Source: Carpediemonas membranifera BICM (lineage: Eukaryota; Protista; Fornicata). Taken from it: a stretch of DNA of 64,000 nucleotides. Position 1 is the stretch's first letter, and the number at the start of each line of letters is the position of its first letter. Shown one piece after another: positions 61,010 through 64,000 of the stretch. Location of the stretch: positions 124,001 through 188,000 of the forward strand of contig JAHDYR010000004.1 of the NCBI GenBank assembly GCA_019828565.1, read 5' to 3'. The notes beneath the pieces are model-generated. The model ran no database searches, was not told the DNA's origin, and saw only the letters and a list, made by a program, of their open reading frames with translations. The position numbers and the translations under genes are program-made.

Positions 61010-62196
61010 ATGTCTCTTAACCGCGTCTTCATGTCCCCAGCCCGCTACGTTCAGGGTTTGTACACAGCTTTTATCGCTTTTGTCCTTTAACGGCGATCAT
61101 TGCCGTTAACGGCATGTGATGAACAGAATCATCATCTAACAAAGGCCCCCACTGTCTAGAGAAGCTCAAGGAGTACACCGACAAGATCGTTGATAAGCTT
61201 ATCATCGCCATTTCAGCTGGTGGCAAGAAGCGCCTGGAGAAAACACTGATGTCTTCCTTCGACGACAACAAGCCCACTCTCCACGTCTTCAACGGCGAGT
61301 GCAGCCAGACTGAGATCAATCGCCTTACCGATCTGATCAGAACTGGCGGCTACAACGTCGTCTGTTCCGTCGGTGGCGGCAAGCTGCACGACCTCGCCAA
61401 GGCCGCTGCCTTCCACACCAAGCAGCCCTGCGTCATCGTCCCCACTGCATGCTCGAACGATGCTCCCTGCACTGCCGTCTCCGTGATCTACACCGAGGAG
61501 GGCGTCGTCGAGAGCTTCCTCTTCACGGACTCCCCCAGGCTCGTGCTCGTCGATACTGATATCATCGCCAAGGCCCCCGTCCGCACCCTTGTCGCCGGAA
61601 TGGGCGATGCCCTGGCCACCTACATTGAGGCGCGCGCCTCCAAGCAGAAGGACTGCCAGACTGCAGCCGGCGGGATCGCTGGCGTGACCGGCATTGCCCT
61701 CGCTCGGCTCTGCTATGACACTTTGCTCGCCGACTCGGTCAAGGCCAAGCTCTCCAACGAGGCTGGGGTCCCCTCCGTTGCTCTCGAGAACGTTGTGGAG
61801 GCTGCCACCCTCCTCTCCGGGCTCGGCTTCGAGTCGGGTGGGCTGGCTGCCGCTCACGCCGTCCACACCGGCCTGACTGTCCTCGAGGAGTCCCACGCCT
61901 ACCTCCACGGCGAGAAGGTCGCCTTCGGAGTGATGACGCAGCTTTTCATGGAGAACGCCCCCATGGAGGAGATCGAGACTGTGGCCAACTACTGCCTCTC
62001 CGTCGGCCTCCCCATTGCTCTCAGTGACATCGGTCTGACTCATGCCTCTGACGAGGCCCTCATGAAGGTCGCCGCTGTCGCCGCTGCACCCCACGACACC
62101 GCCGTCAACTTGCCCTTCCACGTCTCTGCAGAGACTGTATTTGCCGCACTCAAGGCCACCGACGCCTACGGCCGCATGAAACACACCCAGCGTTAA
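61010..62196 (+). CDS. gldA: Glycerol dehydrogenase (exons 61010-61055 and 61145-62196)
   Basis: Spliced N-terminus MSLNRVFMSPARYVQGPHCLEKL resembles the GldA start (SP..Y.QG); VGGGK, PTACSNDAPCTA, GMGDALAT, SGLGFESGGLAAAHAVH, LHGEKVAFG. Confidence 0.93.
61056..61144 (+). other. 89-nt spliceosomal intron in gldA
   Basis: GTTTGT donor, CTAAC-AAAG branch/acceptor, in-frame stop inside; splicing joins G|GC in the frame of ORF 61249-62196. Confidence 0.88.
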
Positions 62197-62327
62197 CCTG
62201 GGAGTGTTATAAATCGAGCATTTAAACGTTTCCTGCTTGGTGTCTAGTTGTGGCACTAGACAAGATAAGACTGTCCCAGCGCCTTGGTCATCCCCATTCT
62301 CATTGACATTATGAGGACCCAGCAGCC

Positions 62328-62855
62328 TTAGGCGACCCGCCTCCGTCCGCCGTCGGACTGACCAGACTCATGCGCCGCGACCATGTTACGGAACCGCCTG
62401 CTCTGCTGCTGCTCTCGCTGCAGTGCGGAAAACGAATCGGCAGGGTCAGGGTCGAACGAGTCGATCAAGGCGTCCGTCATCCCGGGGGGGAGCCCACCTC
62501 GGCCCACAAAGATGAGGTCTAGTATTTCCTCCGCACTAAGCTGGCCGTGGAGAGCAAGGTTCTCGATCTCCTCGGGGGTGAGACGCTGCCGAGGTCCCCG
62601 GTTGTTACGGACGTCCTGGCCAGGCAAAGAATGGCCGGCGGGGCGGGGGGCCGGGATCGGCAAGTCTATGAGATTACCAGTGCTACGATCGGATATTTGG
62701 AAGCTGATGTCGTCCCCAGCTTGAGAAATGCGAAGACGAGTCACGTGAATGCCATGAGCGCTACGTGGCGGCAAAACATTAGCATCTCCGGCCTGATAGT
62801 TATAGATATGCCGTTGAATATCCTTCCGATTCATGTTTGGTGAGACAAGTCCCAT
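62328..62855 (-). CDS. Hypothetical protein (start at 62855 or 62834)
   Basis: ORF fills the gap between gldA and TAM41 without overlap when started at these ATGs; no recognisable motif. Confidence 0.5.
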   Translation of the reverse strand: MGLVSPNMNRKDIQRHIYNYQAGDANVLPPRSAHGIHVTRLRISQAGDDISFQISDRSTGNLIDLPIPAPRPAGHSLPGQDVRNNRGPRQRLTPEEIENLALHGQLSAEEILDLIFVGRGGLPPGMTDALIDSFDPDPADSFSALQREQQQSRRFRNMVAAHESGQSDGGRRRVA

Positions 62856-62921
62856 TCTTGCTCCGTTTGCTTGTTTCGGAAACGCTGTACAACTTTTACA
62901 AAGACCTATCCAACCATCTGC

Positions 62922-63944
62922 ATGCCGCTCGATCCTCACGTTACAGAGCAACTCATCAACCGTTTCAGCTATAGTGGGCTACGCGTCGTCATTGGCTACG
63001 GCTCGCAGGTGATTAAGCAAGCTTCCGAGCTGAAATCGTCTCTCATCGATGTTCTCGTCGTTGTCGACGATGCTCACCTTGCCAACTGGCATACGCAGAA
63101 CATGCAGATGCATGGATCCGATTACTCTCTCCTTTGCCGTGTTCTCCCCCGCAACTGGCTCATTAAGGTACAAAACGCCGCTGGCGGTGTCCTCTTCAAC
63201 CCCGACGTCGCTCTGACCGAGGGCTCCGAGACGCACATCAAATACGGCGTCATCTCGTGGAAAACACTCCTCTCCGACCTCGGAGGCTGGTCCAAGGGTA
63301 TGTACCTTGCCGGCCGTCTCCAGAAGCCCGTCGATCTCCTCTACGTCGAGGACTCGGTCAAGGACGAGCTCGACCATGCCATCAGGGTCAACAGACGTGC
63401 TGCCGCTTGCACTTCCCTCCTCAAACGGGACTCGCTCCTCACGGACCGGCAGCTGCTCACGGACATCATGGGCCTCAGCTACCTCGGAGATCCCCGTATG
63501 AAGTTCGCTGAGAACCCCATGAAGGTGACCAACATTGTCACCGCCCAGATTGAGTATCTCAGACAGATTTACCACCCGATTTTGAAGGAGGATCTCGGCC
63601 TCACCGTTTTGGCAGCCGGTGAAGATTTTGAGATCGACCAGAGCAGTGCCTCTGGTACTATGCTGGCCCAACAGTGCCCCCACTTCACCTCCCGTCTTGT
63701 GAAGGGCTCGACCGTCACGGTCGGGTCGACCATTGTCAGGGACGGGTCGGCGTTCGGGGACGTGACACAGCGCCAGGCGGTCATTGATGCGGCGATCTCG
63801 AACATCGTAGGGCCGGTGGCGGGGCGTCAGACCCTCAAGGGGGGCATAACCTCCCCTATTCTGAGGATGATCCCATATATCTGGGCGAAGATCAAGAAGA
63901 GCCGCGAGGGCCGGCGTGAGGCGGGCAGGGTGAAACTGAACTAA
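62922..63944 (+). CDS. TAM41: Tam41/Mmp37 mitochondrial-type phosphatidate cytidylyltransferase
   Basis: IGYGS, IKYGVIS, YLAGRLQKPV and LSYLGDPRMKFAENPMKVTNIV are Tam41-family motifs. Confidence 0.9.
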   Translation: MPLDPHVTEQLINRFSYSGLRVVIGYGSQVIKQASELKSSLIDVLVVVDDAHLANWHTQNMQMHGSDYSLLCRVLPRNWLIKVQNAAGGVLFNPDVALTEGSETHIKYGVISWKTLLSDLGGWSKGMYLAGRLQKPVDLLYVEDSVKDELDHAIRVNRRAAACTSLLKRDSLLTDRQLLTDIMGLSYLGDPRMKFAENPMKVTNIVTAQIEYLRQIYHPILKEDLGLTVLAAGEDFEIDQSSASGTMLAQQCPHFTSRLVKGSTVTVGSTIVRDGSAFGDVTQRQAVIDAAISNIVGPVAGRQTLKGGITSPILRMIPYIWAKIKKSREGRREAGRVKLN

Positions 63945-64000
63945 ATGAATGTACGCTTGGTTCGACGAGAAGTGGTGCTATGGGGTGGGCAACTGAGGGC

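Overview
Compact, GC-rich eukaryotic (protist-type) genomic DNA. Short GT-AG introns, a divergent RCC1-like gene and a bacterial-type glycerol dehydrogenase are consistent with a fornicate such as Carpediemonas (inference only). About 56 kb is a near-identical ~29.1-29.3 kb tandem duplication (1-~27,000 matches 29,261-~56,100). Both copies, especially the first, carry many 1-bp indels that look like long-read errors, so most frameshifts are not trusted. Each unit holds a WD40-array/triple-AAA+ gene split by a Ty3/gypsy chromodomain retrotransposon with 57-bp LTRs, an RCC1-like gene, CapZ-beta, a coiled-coil gene, a small basic ORF, a WD40-array/ankyrin/kinase gene, an ankyrin-DHHC palmitoyltransferase and an IQ-motif gene. 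The unique right end has an intact 1,812-codon WD40-ANK-kinase ORF, an intron-containing gldA, a hypothetical gene and TAM41. The main candidate system is a family of modular receptor-like genes built from ~1.11-kb cassettes (7-bladed WD40 propeller plus small linker domain). The cassettes are nearly identical in DNA but hypervariable at predicted ligand-binding top-face residues, are shuffled in patches between genes, and join alternative effector tails (ANK+kinase or 3xAAA+) through one shared adaptor. This resembles fungal HET-E/NWD immune receptors but has no NACHT/NB-ARC domain. The second highlight is the minimal-LTR retrotransposon, which has no recognisable tRNA primer-binding site.
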